DNA of 64,000 bases, taken from NCBI RefSeq assembly GCF_009914755.1, contig NC_060937.1, one strand, 5' to 3'. The position numbers were made by a program, and so were the translations under genes. Origin of the DNA: the human T2T-CHM13v2.0 reference genome, Homo sapiens. Positions 42,129 to 55,270 of this stretch are shown one piece after another (position 1 is the stretch's first letter; each line of letters opens with the position of its first letter). A model generated the notes under the pieces. That model had not been told where the DNA came from, searched no databases, and saw only the letters and a list, made by a program, of their open reading frames with translations.

Positions 42129-44573
42129 TGTATTACTCTATTCTTGTATTATTATAAAGTATACTTCAGACTGGGTAATTTATAAAGAAAAGAGGTTTAA
42201 TTGGCTTATGGCTCCACAGGCTGTACAGAAAGCATCTGTTTGGCTTCTCGGGAGGCTTCAGGAAGCTTCCAATCATGGCAGAAGGGGAAGGGGAAGTAGG
42301 CACATCACATGGCCAGAGAAGTAGCAAGAGACAGGGCGGAGGTGATGAACATTTTTAAGCAATGAAGTCTCACAAGAACTCACACATTATCATGAGGACA
42401 GTAGCAAGTGGGATGGGGCTAAACCATTCATGAGAAACCCACCCTTATGGTCCAAACACCTCCCACCAAGCCCCACTTCCAACAACGGGGATTATAATTT
42501 GACATGATATTTGATGGGGACATAGATCAAACCATATCATTCTACCTGTGGCCCCTCCCATATCTCATGTCCTTCTCACATTGCAAAATACAATCATCTC
42601 CTCTCAATAGTCCCCCAAAATCTTAACTCATTTCAGCATTAACTCAAAATTCCAAGGTCCCACATCTCATCTGCAGATAAGTTCCTTCTGCCTATGAGCC
42701 TATAAAAATCAAAACAAGTTACTTACTTCCAAGATTCAATGGGGGTACAAGCATCAGGTAAAGACTCTCATTACACAATGGACTAATTTGCCACAAGAAA
42801 GGGGCTACAGGCCCTATGCAGAACCCCCAAAGTCCAGAATGGCAATTATTAAATCTGAAAGCTCCAAAATAATCTTTCTTGACTCCATGTCCAACATTCA
42901 GGGTACACTGGTCTGAGGGGTGGGCTTCCAAAGCCATGAGTAGCTCCACTCCTGTGGCTTTGCAGGCTTCAGCCTCTGAGGCTGTTCTCACAGGCTGGCA
43001 TTGAGTGACTGTGACTTTTCGAGGCACATGGTATAATCTGTTGGTGGATCTACCATTCTGGAATCTGGAGAATGGTGGTCCTCTTCTAACAGCTCCACTA
43101 GGCAGCGACCCAGTGGGGACTCTGTGTGGAGGATCCAATCCCACATTTCCTCTCCACTGTGCCCTAGTGGTGGTTCTCCATGAGGGCTCTACCCCGTAGC
43201 AGGCTTCTGTCTGGACACCCAGGCTTTCCATACATCTTGTAAAATCTAGTTGAAGGCTCCCTAGCCTCGACTCATGAATTCTGCACACCTGCAGGCTTAA
43301 TACCACATGGAAGACCCCAAGCCTTAAGGCTTTCTCCTTCTGAAGCAGCAGCTTGAGATATATGTGGGCCCCTTTGAGCCACTTCTGGAGCTAGAGTGTC
43401 TGGGAAGCAGGAAATCATGTTCCAAGTCTGCACAGAGCAAAGGGGCCCTGGGTCTGGCCCATAAAACCATTCAGTCCTCCTAAGCCTCAGGATCTGTAAT
43501 AGGGGGAGGTGTGAGGGTCTCTACCTTTAAATCCTTTTCCTCATTGTCTTGGCTATTAGCACTTGGCTCCACTTTACTTAAATTAATTTCTACAGTATGC
43601 TTGAATTCCTGTCCTGAAAATGAGCTTTTCTTTTCTACAACATGAGCAGGCTACCAATTTTTCAAACTTTTAGGCTCTGCTTCCCTTTTAAATATAATTT
43701 TCAAATTCAGGTCATTTCTTTGCTCATGCATATGAGCATACACTCTTATAAGCAGTCAGGCTACTTCTTGAACATTTTTGCTGCTCAGAAATTTCTTGAA
43801 GCAGATACCCTAAATTATCATTCTCAAGTTCAAAGTTCCACATATCCCTAGACCATGGGCACAATGCAGCCAAGTCCTTTGCTAAGGCATAATAAAAGTT
43901 ACCTTTGTTCCAGTTGCCAAAGAATTCCTCATTCCCATCTAAGAACTCATCAGTCTGGACTTCACTGTCCACAGCACTATCACAATTTTGGTCACAATCA
44001 TTTGACCAACCTCGAAAGTTTCAAACTTTCCTTAATCTTCTTGTCTTCTGAAACTTCCAAACTCTTCAAACCTCTGCCTGTTATCCCATTCCAAAGCTAC
44101 TTCTACATTTCCAGCATTATAGCAATGCTCCACTCTTTGGTATCAATTTTCTGTATTAGTCTATGTTGCATTGCTATAAAGAAATGCCTGAGACTAGGTA
44201 ATTTATAAGAGAAGAGATTTAATTGGCTCATTGTTCTGCACACTGTACAGGAAGCATAATGCTGGCACCTGCTCAGCTTCTGGAGAGGCCTCAGGAAGCT
44301 TCTAATTATGGCAGAAGACAAAGGCCAGGCTACTCACTTGGCTCAGGAAGGTCCACGAAAGAGAAAGGGGTAGGTGATACACACTTTTACAACAACCAGA
44401 TCTCATAAGAACTCACTCACCATTGCAAGGACAATACCAAGTAGGATAGTGCCAAACCATTCAGGAGAAACCTGGCCCCATGATCCATTCACCTCCCACC
44501 AGGCCCTATCTCCAACATTTGGGATTAAAACATGACATGATATTTGGTGGAGACACAGATCCAAACCATATCA
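42129..44573 (-). mobile_element. Complete MST (MSTA-like) MaLR: LTR 42129-42539, internal 42540-44151, LTR 44152-44573
   Basis: Two LTRs reading TGTATTA...AACCATATCA, a 1.6-kb MaLR internal region, and perfect TSD ACATT (42124-42128 and 44574-44578). Confidence 0.93.
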
Positions 44574-44605
44574 ACATTCAATGCATTTATTTACCTTAAA
44601 ATAGT

Positions 44606-44916
44606 TGTCCTAATCAGCTTGAGCTGCTATAACAATTCGCCATAGACTGGGTGGCTGAAACAACAGACAGTTTTTGGTGAAGGCCTCTTGCTGGCTGGCA
44701 AATTGGTTCTTTTTCACTGTGTCCCCACATGTTGGAAAAAGAACTCTGATCTCCTCCTGTTCTTAAAAGGATACTAATTCCCTCATGGGAGACATGTCCT
44801 CATGACCTCATATTAACTTAATTACATCCCAACAGCCCCATCTTCAAATACCATCACATTATTTCTTAAGGCTTTAACATACAAATTTGAGGAGACAAAA
44901 AGGGTTAGTCTATAAC
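44606..44916 (-). mobile_element. MLT1A/MST-type solo LTR with internal deletion
   Basis: gctgctataacaa...catagactgggtggctgaaacaacaga...cctcatgacctca...aaataccatcacatt...gtctataaca, near-TSD ATAGT/ATAAT. Confidence 0.75.
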
Positions 44917-46764
44917 AATAATATATATCACAAATATACCACCCGAGTTAATAGCAAAAGCTAACTCTCTCATTGTGATTTATGCTTTTACACAGCTAGG
45001 AAAAGAAGCAAGTGTTTTATTCTTAATTTAACTAAAATACTGGTAATATGACTAAAATTCATTTGATAACTGATATTTTGAAATCTGAAAAGTGTTCTTC
45101 ATTCCTCTGATAGTATAAGGCTATGTAATACATATGCCTAAGGCAGAGCCTGAACTCAGCTTTCACTAGATAATTGTGGCTTCTGCCACATGGCTGCAAT
45201 AAAAACCATGTATTCCAACTGCTTCATACACTGAACAATGATTTATTTTATTTATACCCTAGCTCATAGTATCAAATGATTCTGATGATTGGGACAGCTG
45301 ACTTTGTACATTTGAGTTTATTTCCTCATGTATTTTGTATTTAGGAGTGAAATCATCTTCAGGAGAAGTATATTGTAACACATGCTTTGTTTGTGTCCCT
45401 TTGGGGAAGTATTTTTTTTTAATTTGCTTCTGCCAGTTTTCTACATACACCATCAATCTAAGACACCATCATCCAATCAAGTTTCACATGAACATCTCAG
45501 TTAGGGGGCTCAACCTACTGAGATAGTGGAATTTAAACTCTATTCTCCCATGTACACTATTCAGATTTAGTCTTCAAGTGAGTGACTCCTTTATTCACTC
45601 AGAAATAAGCAAGACCAAGTCTTATGCTGAGCTTCTATGCAGTTGTGCAAGGTATGCCTAATCCTAATTTGATAAATGAGGCAGGGCTTCCTCTTAGCTT
45701 TACATAAAAAGCTCATTTCTATAAGCACCTTGAGTTTCCGTAGGTTTATAGATGATCCCAAATCTCCAAGAGCCATACTTTTGCTCCTGATTACTCTTCT
45801 GGCTTTGAGGTTCTTATTTATTTCTGCATGTCTTTTCTAAAACTATGTCTGTTATAAATGTCAAGAATGTGTAATCACAAATAACTGTAGCAAATTTGTA
45901 TATAATGGGCAGCATGGATAACTTTCAAACTGCATGTGATTCCATCTGGAATAAGTTTTTGCTTGTTTGTTTTTAACATCTTGGGTTTCCTTTTTACAGT
46001 AGAATACCATTTTAACACTACTTTCTGTGTGTGTTGTAGGATTGAGAAAATAAGCAAATATATTGATGATTAGAGCCACAATTCTCAATATAAAAGAACA
46101 GAGAGATACAAAGGCAAGGATTGGCATAAGACTGGAATTTGATTATAAGTATGTGATTATAGTTATATAATTCATAACAGGCAAACTGATGTCATGCTGT
46201 CTCTTGACATGAAGACACAGTATCTATAAATACAGTATTATTGCCAAAAATGAGAAATATTAACATAATCACAAGAAGACGCTAGATAAATATAAACTAA
46301 ACAGCAATTTACAAAACAAGTGGTTTGTACTCTGGAGAAATTAAATTTGAAAATAAATGTCATGAATGATATAGAGAAATTAAAAACAATTCCAGATTAA
46401 AGAAAATTTAAAAGTTAAAAAAAAGAATGTGAAGGCAATGCGTGTTTCTAGATCAAAACTTCGTTAGGGGAATTAAATAAACATATGCATAACTAATTAC
46501 AGTACCCTGAAACTACTGAACTTCAAATATAAATGGAAGCAAAGCAGGCAAAAAAGAATAGCTGAATAAATGACCAACAGACAAAAATGTTCATTAGAAA
46601 AAATAACACAAAATAAAATTTCTAAATGAAAGGTTTGAAAAAAATCCTAATATCTTGCCTTACCATGAATTCTGTATCCAGATACTCTGTCATTTAATAA
46701 AGTGGTGAGTTTTCAAACATCATATAAGAGGAAAATAATTCACCAATGCTGTCTGAAAGAACAC

Positions 46765-47150
46765 TGTATTAGTCTGTTTTACTCTGCTATAAAGAACTGC
46801 CCTGGACTGGGTAATTTATAAAGGAAAGAGGTTTAATTGATTCACAGTTCAGCATGGCTGGCGAGGCCTCAGGAAAGTCACAATCATGGTGGAAGTTGAA
46901 GGGAGAGCAACACACCTTATTCACAAGGTGGCAGGTAGGAGAATGAACATAGGAGGGACAAACAAACACTTATAAAACCATCAGATCTTTTGAAAACTCA
47001 CTCACTATCATGAGAACGGCATGGGAGAAACCTCCCCCATGATCCAATACCTCCACCTGGTCTCTCCCTTGACACATGGTGATTATGGGGTTTTTGGGGA
47101 TTATAATTTAAGATGAGATTTGGGTGGGGACACAAAGCCTAAACATATGA
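46765..47150 (-). mobile_element. THE1 (THE1D-like) solo LTR
   Basis: tgtattagtctgtttt...gactgggtaatttataaaggaaagaggtttaattga...gatgagatttgggtggggacacaaagcct. Confidence 0.88.
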
Positions 47151-47520
47151 AATATGTAAACTGTGTAATTTAACAAAAAGGCAATTTATTTTTATGTAAA
47201 GGAAAGTAAAATTAGCAATAATGATGAAGATATCAATACAAGTATTGTACTTAATACTCCATATAAAATAAATGATAACTTCTGGGAGAGTCAAACATAA
47301 GTTGGAAACAAAAGACAACCTAACAAGTAGGAAATAAATTATATGAAATGGCAAAATTTGAAAATAAGTGTGATCAAATAAGAAGATGCATATTAGTAAA
47401 GGCAATGAAATTACCACAAAACAAATGTTAAAAATAATAATCTGACAAACATTAAAGATGACTAAACATTTTAAAAGGTGGTTGTTGAAAAGCCGATTAA
47501 GATGCAAAAATTTGCTCTAA

Positions 47521-47829
<309 letters not shown>

Positions 47830-48329
47830 CTGGGTTAATTTTTAAAGTAAAAAAATTTAGTGACTTAAAATAATCACTTATTATAATCTCGTATTTCTGG
47901 ATATTCATGAACTCAGTTGGGCTGGTCTTGCTTTTTTCTGATATGACTGCTGCATATGGTAGTTGAGACTCGAATCTCCCATAGGCTTCTGTATATATGT
48001 GTATCTCTCAGTGTGACCTTTCATGTAGCTAGCTTGGATTCCTCACAGTATGGTGGCCACAGGATAAATATACATTCTTTTTCTGTTGATTGGTTTTCCC
48101 AAGAAAAGTATTCTATGAGATAGAAAGAGGAAACTTCCAGGCTCCTAACACTCAGGCCCAGACACTGGAAGGGTGTCAATTTTGCCATATCATACTTGTC
48201 AAGTGCTCACATAGCACATTTTGTTTCAAGAGGAAGGACATCAACCCACTTCACAAGGGAACAAGAATCTAACAGCCTAGGACTGTCATTAATTCAGCAA
48301 AGACACTTTCTAATAATATATTACTTAAT

Positions 48330-49140
48330 TTTTCAAAGTTTTGACAGTTTTTTTGGATTCTTTGACACCATATCTCTCTAATTTTCCTCATATTCTTATT
48401 TTTTTTTCTGAATGCTTCTTTTCAGTGTCCAATTGTTGACTGCTCTACCTTACTAAATATTTAGATTTTAGAATGTTCCAGAGTTTATCTTGAATCTCCT
48501 TTATTTTTCTTTCTACGTGCTGTAATGTGATCTTAAACAGGCTCATATTTTAAAATACATATGTAAATAAATATATTTATTTATCTCAAATAACTATCCT
48601 CAGTCTGAATCCTTCCATTCAACTTGAGCTTTAATAGGGGATTTTCATGTCTCACTGTGCACTTGTATCCTCCACTGGTATCTCAAATTTAGCATGTCCA
48701 AAATGAAACTGTTGAAATGTTCTTCCCCTCTTTCAAATACCACTCCTCACTTACCCTCTGGGGGAAGAAATAATAAAATGAAATAAAAATTTTCATTTAT
48801 TGTTTTTCAATAAATGAAAAACAAACAAAACAAACCAACATCAATACTTTCATCACCTCTCACTTTTCCCTCTGAATAAATTACCTCAACATTTACTGGT
48901 TTTCAAGTCTAGTCTTAAATTCATTCTTCATCTCACGCTTTCCCTTGGACCCAAAAATAATTCAACTGTAAACTCTGTCACTTCCACCTCTGAGAAGAGG
49001 TGGCCTCTTTACTCTTTTCTAACTCATAATGTTGCTAGCCTGGACTACTGAAATGATTTTCTAATGCATTGCCATGAATATATTTTTATCCCTACATACA
49101 CCTTTACTATGTAGGAAGCAAAGTGACATTTCAAAATGTA
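48330..49140 (+). mobile_element. L2-like degenerate fragment
   Basis: ggtatctcaaatttagcatgtccaaaatgaaact; gctagcctggactactgaaatga...ctaatg. Confidence 0.5.
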
Positions 49141-49399
49141 AATAAAACAATATATACTTTGACCATTTCTAAATTTGCGATTTTGGGTTTATTTGAGAAA
49201 AACCTATATTTGATTCTGGTACAGGTATTGATCATGTTGACAGAAATCTGCTATATCACCACCAGTGTTCTTAATAGTTTTTTTTCTATTAATGCACCAA
49301 TAGTTTTGGTGCATTATTACCTTGTAATTTTATGGCAAAATATTTTACTAAGATTAGCAGAGATAATTTTAGTAATGAATATTTTATTATAATACATAG

Positions 49400-51980
49400 T
49401 TTAATTTAAATTGCATGTTGTCATAGTTTCTGTCAATTCCTCACCCCACTTCATACTCCTGAAAGTACTCTGGAAACCTCTGATTTGTAGTCTGTCTTTA
49501 TATAATTTTTTTTTCCAGACTTCTTTCCCTCACCATAATTAATGTGAAATTCTTTTATGTTGTTACAGGCAACATTAATCCATTCCATTTTATTGCTAAA
49601 TAAAATTAACTAGATTGAAAAATCATAGACTAGTTATTCTTTCGTCAGTTGATAGATATTTCCAATTTTTGGCAATGATGAGTAAAAGTGATGTAAACAT
49701 GTATGTGCAGATCTTTGATTATTTGTTTTCATTAATCTTGAGTAAATATCTAGTAGTAAAAATTATCATTTGTGCATTGTGTATTTTTAGATATTTTTAA
49801 AAAGACTCAAATATTTTGCAAAGTTGCTCTAATATTTTGCACTCCAACCAAGAAGGTTTCAGAGTTCCAGAAGCCCTGTATCTTTGCCAAAAATAGATAT
49901 TGCCACTTATTTAAATAACGTGTTGACTGAGGTGGATGTTTACTGGTATTCTCTATAGTTTCAATCTATATTTTTCTCGTGGTTAATAATGTTGCACAAT
50001 TTTTCATGTTTTTATTTGCAACACATAAAATTCTTTTAGCATCGAAATCATTTTCCCCTTTAAAAATTGGATTGTTTTGCTCTTACATTTTTTGTTATGA
50101 AAGTTATTTATAAATTTTAGATACTAGTCCTATGTCAAATATGTATTTTGCAGATGTTTTTCCCAAACTGTGGCTTATCCTTTCATTTTTTAGAGACTTT
50201 TGAAAAGCAGTAGTGTTAATTTTAATGAAGTCCAATTTCTGAATATTTTCTTTATGCTTCATGCTTTTCTTGTCCTACATAAAATATAATGGACAAATTA
50301 AGAATAGCAATAATTTTTTCTTTGTATGAAGCTGTATGCATTTAGGATTTACATTTTTGTGTGATTTATTTCTACCTAATTTTTTATATGTGGTTCAAGA
50401 TATGGTTTGGGTTTCTTTTTCTTTCTTATTTTTTGTGCATGTTGATTATTCCACTACCATTTGTTTGAAAGACTACCCTTTCTCCACCAAGCTGTCTCTA
50501 CCACTTTTTGGAAAAACAGTTAACTATGTATTATATAAGTGGATCCATTTCTGGGTTATATGTTATTTTATTGATCTTTATGTTTACTCTGTCATCTGTA
50601 CCACACTATACTGTAATAGCTTTATAATATTATGTAAAATAAGGTAGAATGAGCCTTCTAAGGTTGGTCTACGTTTTTTAAAATTAATTTAAGTAGTTTT
50701 CTTTTCCATTTAAATTTTACCATCAGCTTGTTATTTGGAAGAATTTGTATTAATAGTATTGAGATTTCCAATCCAAGAACGTATTATTTTGATTTTCCAT
50801 TTATTTAGATCTTCTTTAATTTCTGTCATGATTGGTTTTTGGTTTTCTATATACAAAGATTGCATGTATTTTATTTGATTTATATGTACATATATATTAA
50901 GGTTTTGTATCAATATATGATACTTTTTTCTAATTTCAGTTTTCAATTGCTCATTGCTAATATATTTAAATGTAACTGGTTTCTTATATACAACTTTGTG
51001 CTTTGAAATGTTACTAAATTAACTTTTTAGTTATGGTGGGTTTTTGCAGGTGGTATAGCATTTTCTATGAAGAAAATCTTGTACTTAGCAAATCATTGAT
51101 TTTTTTTTTCTTTCTGATGTATGTTATTATTTCTTTTTGTTGCATTATTGCACTAGCTAGGGTCTCTGCATGATATTAGTTGAAATTGAGAGGTGAAGCC
51201 AGCTGGACTTCTGGGTCAGGTGGGGACTTGAAGAACTTTTCTGCCTTACGAGAGGTTTGTAAAATGCACCAATCAGTGCTCTGTGGCTAGCTTCAGGTTT
51301 GTAAAATGTGCCAATCAGCACTCTGTAAAAATGCACCAATCAGCACTCTGTGACTAGCTAGAGGTTTGTAAAATGGACCAATCAGCACCCTGTAAAATGG
51401 ATCATTCAGCACACTGTAAAATGGACCACTCAGCACACTGTAAAATGGACCACTCAGTGCTCTGTAAAAGGGACCAATCAGCACTCTGTAAAATGGACCA
51501 ATCAGCAGGACATGGGTGGGGACAAATAAGGGAATAAAAGCTGGCCACCCCAGCCAGCAGCGGCTTCCTGCTCCAGTCCCCTTTCATGCTGTGGAAACTT
51601 TGTTCTTTCATTCTTCACAATAAATCTGGCTGCTGCTTACTCTTTGGGTCTGCACCATCTTTAAGAGCTGTAACACTCACCGCGAGGGTCCGCGGCTTCA
51701 TTCTTGAAGTCAGTGAGACCACGAACCCACTGGAAGGAACAAACTCTGGACACAGAAATGATAAAATCAAAAATATTTTCTTAATGCCAATGTTGGGAGG
51801 AAATCATTCATATTCATTGAATATGATATTATCTACAGTTCTTTTATAAATTTCCTTTATCATATTTAGGAAAGCCACATTGATTTCTAGGTTTCTAAGA
51901 AATTTTATTATAAATGTATGTGTAATTATGTAAAATACCATTTTTCTGCATCAAGTAGGATTTTTATATGTGTTTCTCTT
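49400..51980 (-). mobile_element. Old L1M fragment (3'UTR-ORF2), interrupted by LTR12
   Basis: Antisense ORF2 motifs (tttaatgaagtccaattt; tccatttatttagatcttctttaatttct; gcattattgcactagctagggtct) continue after the LTR. Confidence 0.7.
51187..51754 (+). mobile_element. Solo LTR12 (LTR12F-like)
   Basis: TGAGAGGTGAAGCC...GGACACA with TSD GAAAT (51182-51186 and 51755-51759). Six CCAAT plus three variant tandem units at ~51260-51505, GGGAATAAAAGC and AATAAA. Confidence 0.93.
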
Positions 51981-53002
51981 CTCAGACTCTACCCTTATAA
52001 GGAATATTTATGTGGGATAATTCTTTAACAATGAGGAAAAAGCCTCTCGTCTGCAGTCAATATAATATTTCTTTGTTGCAAATAGTAAGATCCATTGAAT
52101 TTCGAATACATATTATTTCTATACCACAATTGAAATATAAGCACTTTAAAAGAAAGTCAACTTCAACTATACTTAGTATATATCTTTACTATCCTTACTA
52201 TGGTATCGACATCAGGTACAATGTTTTATTCCAAAATTATTTTACATATCTGGTCATGAGGATGTTTACATAAGTTCTTAATACTCTGAGATACTACATT
52301 ATAGACAAGTATTCATCTTTCCTTCAATATTCCAAAAGTATGCTTTTTTCCTCCTTAGAAACATCTGAGAGCATACCCTCAATAAATTTAATTTTTCCAA
52401 GTGTTAGAGTTTAAGACTTTTGCAGGTCCATGCAACTTTTCATTGTGCAAGAATACTTCAGCCAAACATGTACTAATAATTCATGGAAAATATTCTCAGC
52501 AGACTAGGAATAAAAGAAAACGTCCTCAACTTTATTAAGGACAAACCCAGGTGGTATAGTATGTTCTTGTAAAAAAATAAAATTGTCTTTTCTCACCAAT
52601 ATATACTTAATTTTCCAAATACTTTAGTCTATGAAAGGAAACAAGAAAAAGATAAACTAAATGTTGAGTATAAAAAAGAAAATATAATAATTAAAGATTA
52701 TTGTCTATGTAAAAAATGTTAATGAAAGTACAGAGAAGCTCTGAGACATAATAAATAACATTTGGAATACTCCAAAATAAAAAGGCAACTTATAAAATTA
52801 TATTTTTACATACTAGCAAGAAACAATTGGAAAAGTAAATAAAATATATTTTCACATTCTCAGTAAATAAGAAATCTTGAGAAATAAATGTATTAAAACT
52901 TACACAAACCTAATATACTGAAGACATTGTTGAATAAATTAAGGAAGGCATGAATTAATGAAGAGACAAACCATGTTTTTGAATGAGAAGACTTAACATT
53001 GT

Positions 53003-53426
53003 TGTTAAAAGAAAAACTTTAGACAAATTTTATTTAGCAGTGTTCATTTGAGCAAAGAATGATTTATGAATGGGGCAGTACTCAAAACTAGGAAAAGTTC
53101 AGAAAGCTCCAGACAGTTTCACAGGCAGCATTCATAGACAGAAAAAGCAAGTGAGATATAGGAACAGCTGGATTGGTTACAGCTGAATTTTTTACCTTTA
53201 TGGGTATCATGTAATGAGGTATTTGTGTTATGTAGACATAGTCTGATCAGTTGGGAGCCTGAGTTTGGCTGAAGCTCAACTGCTGTGATTGACTGAGACT
53301 CAGTTATTTGTTATAAGAGTATACACTCAAGTTAGGTTGCAGTTTGTTTGCACAATAGTTAGGTTTCATTTCACTATGAAGAAATGCAAAATGCAGAGGC
53401 AGCTTTAGGCCTAATTCAATTTAATT
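53003..53426 (-). mobile_element. MER57/MER93-like ERV1 solo LTR
   Basis: tgttaaaagaaaaactttagacaaatt...gattggttacagc...gcagctttaggcctaattcaatttaa. Confidence 0.7.
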
Positions 53427-53989
53427 TAGTATTGTTACATGCCAACTTTTTTGAAAGTCATCCATAAATCAACCACAGTTCCAATCCAAATCCCAGCATA
53501 CTTTTTTCATATAGGAATTGTTAAGCTGATTATAAAATTACATAAAAATGCAAAGAACTTAGAATAGTCAACATTATTTGGAAAATAAAATTGAGGAATT
53601 TTGTTGCTTGATATTAGAACTTACTTAAAAACTAATGCAATATATACAAGGTAGAATTTACATAAGGATATATATTAGTCCATTCTTGTGTTGCTATAAA
53701 GAAAGGCCTGATACTGAATAAGTTATAAAGAAAATAGTTTTAATTGGCTCAGAGTTCTTCAGACTATACAGGAAGCACAGCAGAATCTGCTTCTGGGGAG
53801 GTCTCAGGAAGCTTACAATCATGGCAGAAGGTGAAGCAAGAGCTGGCATATCACATGGTGAAAGCAGGAGCAAGAGATTAAGGGGAGAGGTGCTATACAC
53901 TATTAAATAATCAGATCTCATGAGAAATAACTCACTATCATGAGGACAATAAAGAGGGAAATGGTGCTAACCCATTTATAAGAAGTCTC

Positions 53990-54225
53990 TGCCAGGCACA
54001 GTGTCTCACACTTGTAATCTCAGCACTTTGAGAGGCCAAGACGGGCAGATCACTTGAGGTCAAGAGTTTCAGACCAGGCTGGGCAACATGGCGAAACTCT
54101 GACTCCACTAAAAATACAAAAATTAGCCAGGCATGGTGGCACACACCTGTAGTCCCAGCTACTCAGGAGACTGAGGCACGAGAATCTCTGGAACCCCATA
54201 GGTGGAGGTTGCAGTGAGTCAAGAT
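53990..54225 (+). mobile_element. AluS, 3'-truncated with no poly(A)
   Basis: gccaggcacagtgtctcacacttgtaatc...gcagtgagtcaagat, flanked by ATAAGAAGTCT repeats. Confidence 0.9.
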
Positions 54226-54728
54226 AAGAAGTCTTCCCCCATGGTCCAAATACTTCCCAGCAAGCCCCACCTCCAACATTGGGGATTACACTTCAATATG
54301 AGATTTGGGTAGGGGCACACATCCAAACTATATCATTCCAGTCCTGGCCCCTCATAAATCTTATGTTCTCACATTTCAAAACACAATCATGCCTTCCAAA
54401 TAATCCCCTAAAGTCTTAACTCATTCAAACATTTACTCAAAAGTCCAAAGTCAGAAGTATCACCTGAGACAAAGCAAGTCACTTCCACATATGAGCCCAT
54501 AAAATAAAAAAACAAGTTAGTTACTTCCAAGATACAATGAGGCACCAGCATTGGGTAAACCTTCCCATTCCAAAAGGGAGAAATTAGGCAAAAGGAATTG
54601 GCTAAAAGTCCTGGAAAGTCCAAAACCCAGTAGGGCAGTCATTAAATCTTAAAGCTCTACAATAATCTCCTTTGACTCTATGTTCAACACCCAGGGCACA
54701 CTGATGCAATGGGTGGGCTCCCAAGGCC

Positions 54729-54937
54729 CACCTTACATTAAGGACATACCTTAATGTAATAAAAGTCATGTATGACAAACCCACAGCCAACATAATACTG
54801 AATGGGGAAAAGTTGAAAGCATTCCCTGAGAGTACTGGACCAAGACAAGGATGCCCACTCTCACCACTCCTCTTCAACATAGTGCTGGAAGTCCTAGCCA
54901 CAGCTATCAGATGAGAAAGAAATAAAGGGAATCCAAA
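54729..54937 (+). repeat. ~200-bp copy of the L1 ORF2 segment at 56157-56353, inserted in MST internal
   Basis: About 95% identical by eye to 56157-56353, with no tail and no TSD. Confidence 0.9.
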
Positions 54938-55270
54938 GAGTACCTCTGCCCCTGTGGCTTTGCAGTGTTCATCCCCGGAGGCTGCTCTCACAGGTTGTTG
55001 AGCACATGCAGCTTTTCCAAACTCAGGGTACCAGCTGCTGGTAGATTTACTATGTGGGGGTCTGGAGGATGGTGGCCCTTTTATTGAAGCTTAACTAGGA
55101 GGTGCCCCAGTGGAGACTTGGGGGAGCTCTTAACCCACATTTTCCTTCCACACTGCTCTAGTAGAGGTTCTCTGTGAGAGCTCCAACCCTGAAGCAGACT
55201 TCTGCCTGGACACCGAAGATATTCCATATATCCTCTGAAATCCAGGCAGAGGCTCTTAAGCTTCATTCTT

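Noticed and set aside
42719-43306. 195-aa minus-strand ORF
   Set aside because: It lies wholly in the MST internal region and is a decayed MaLR reading-frame remnant, not a cellular gene.
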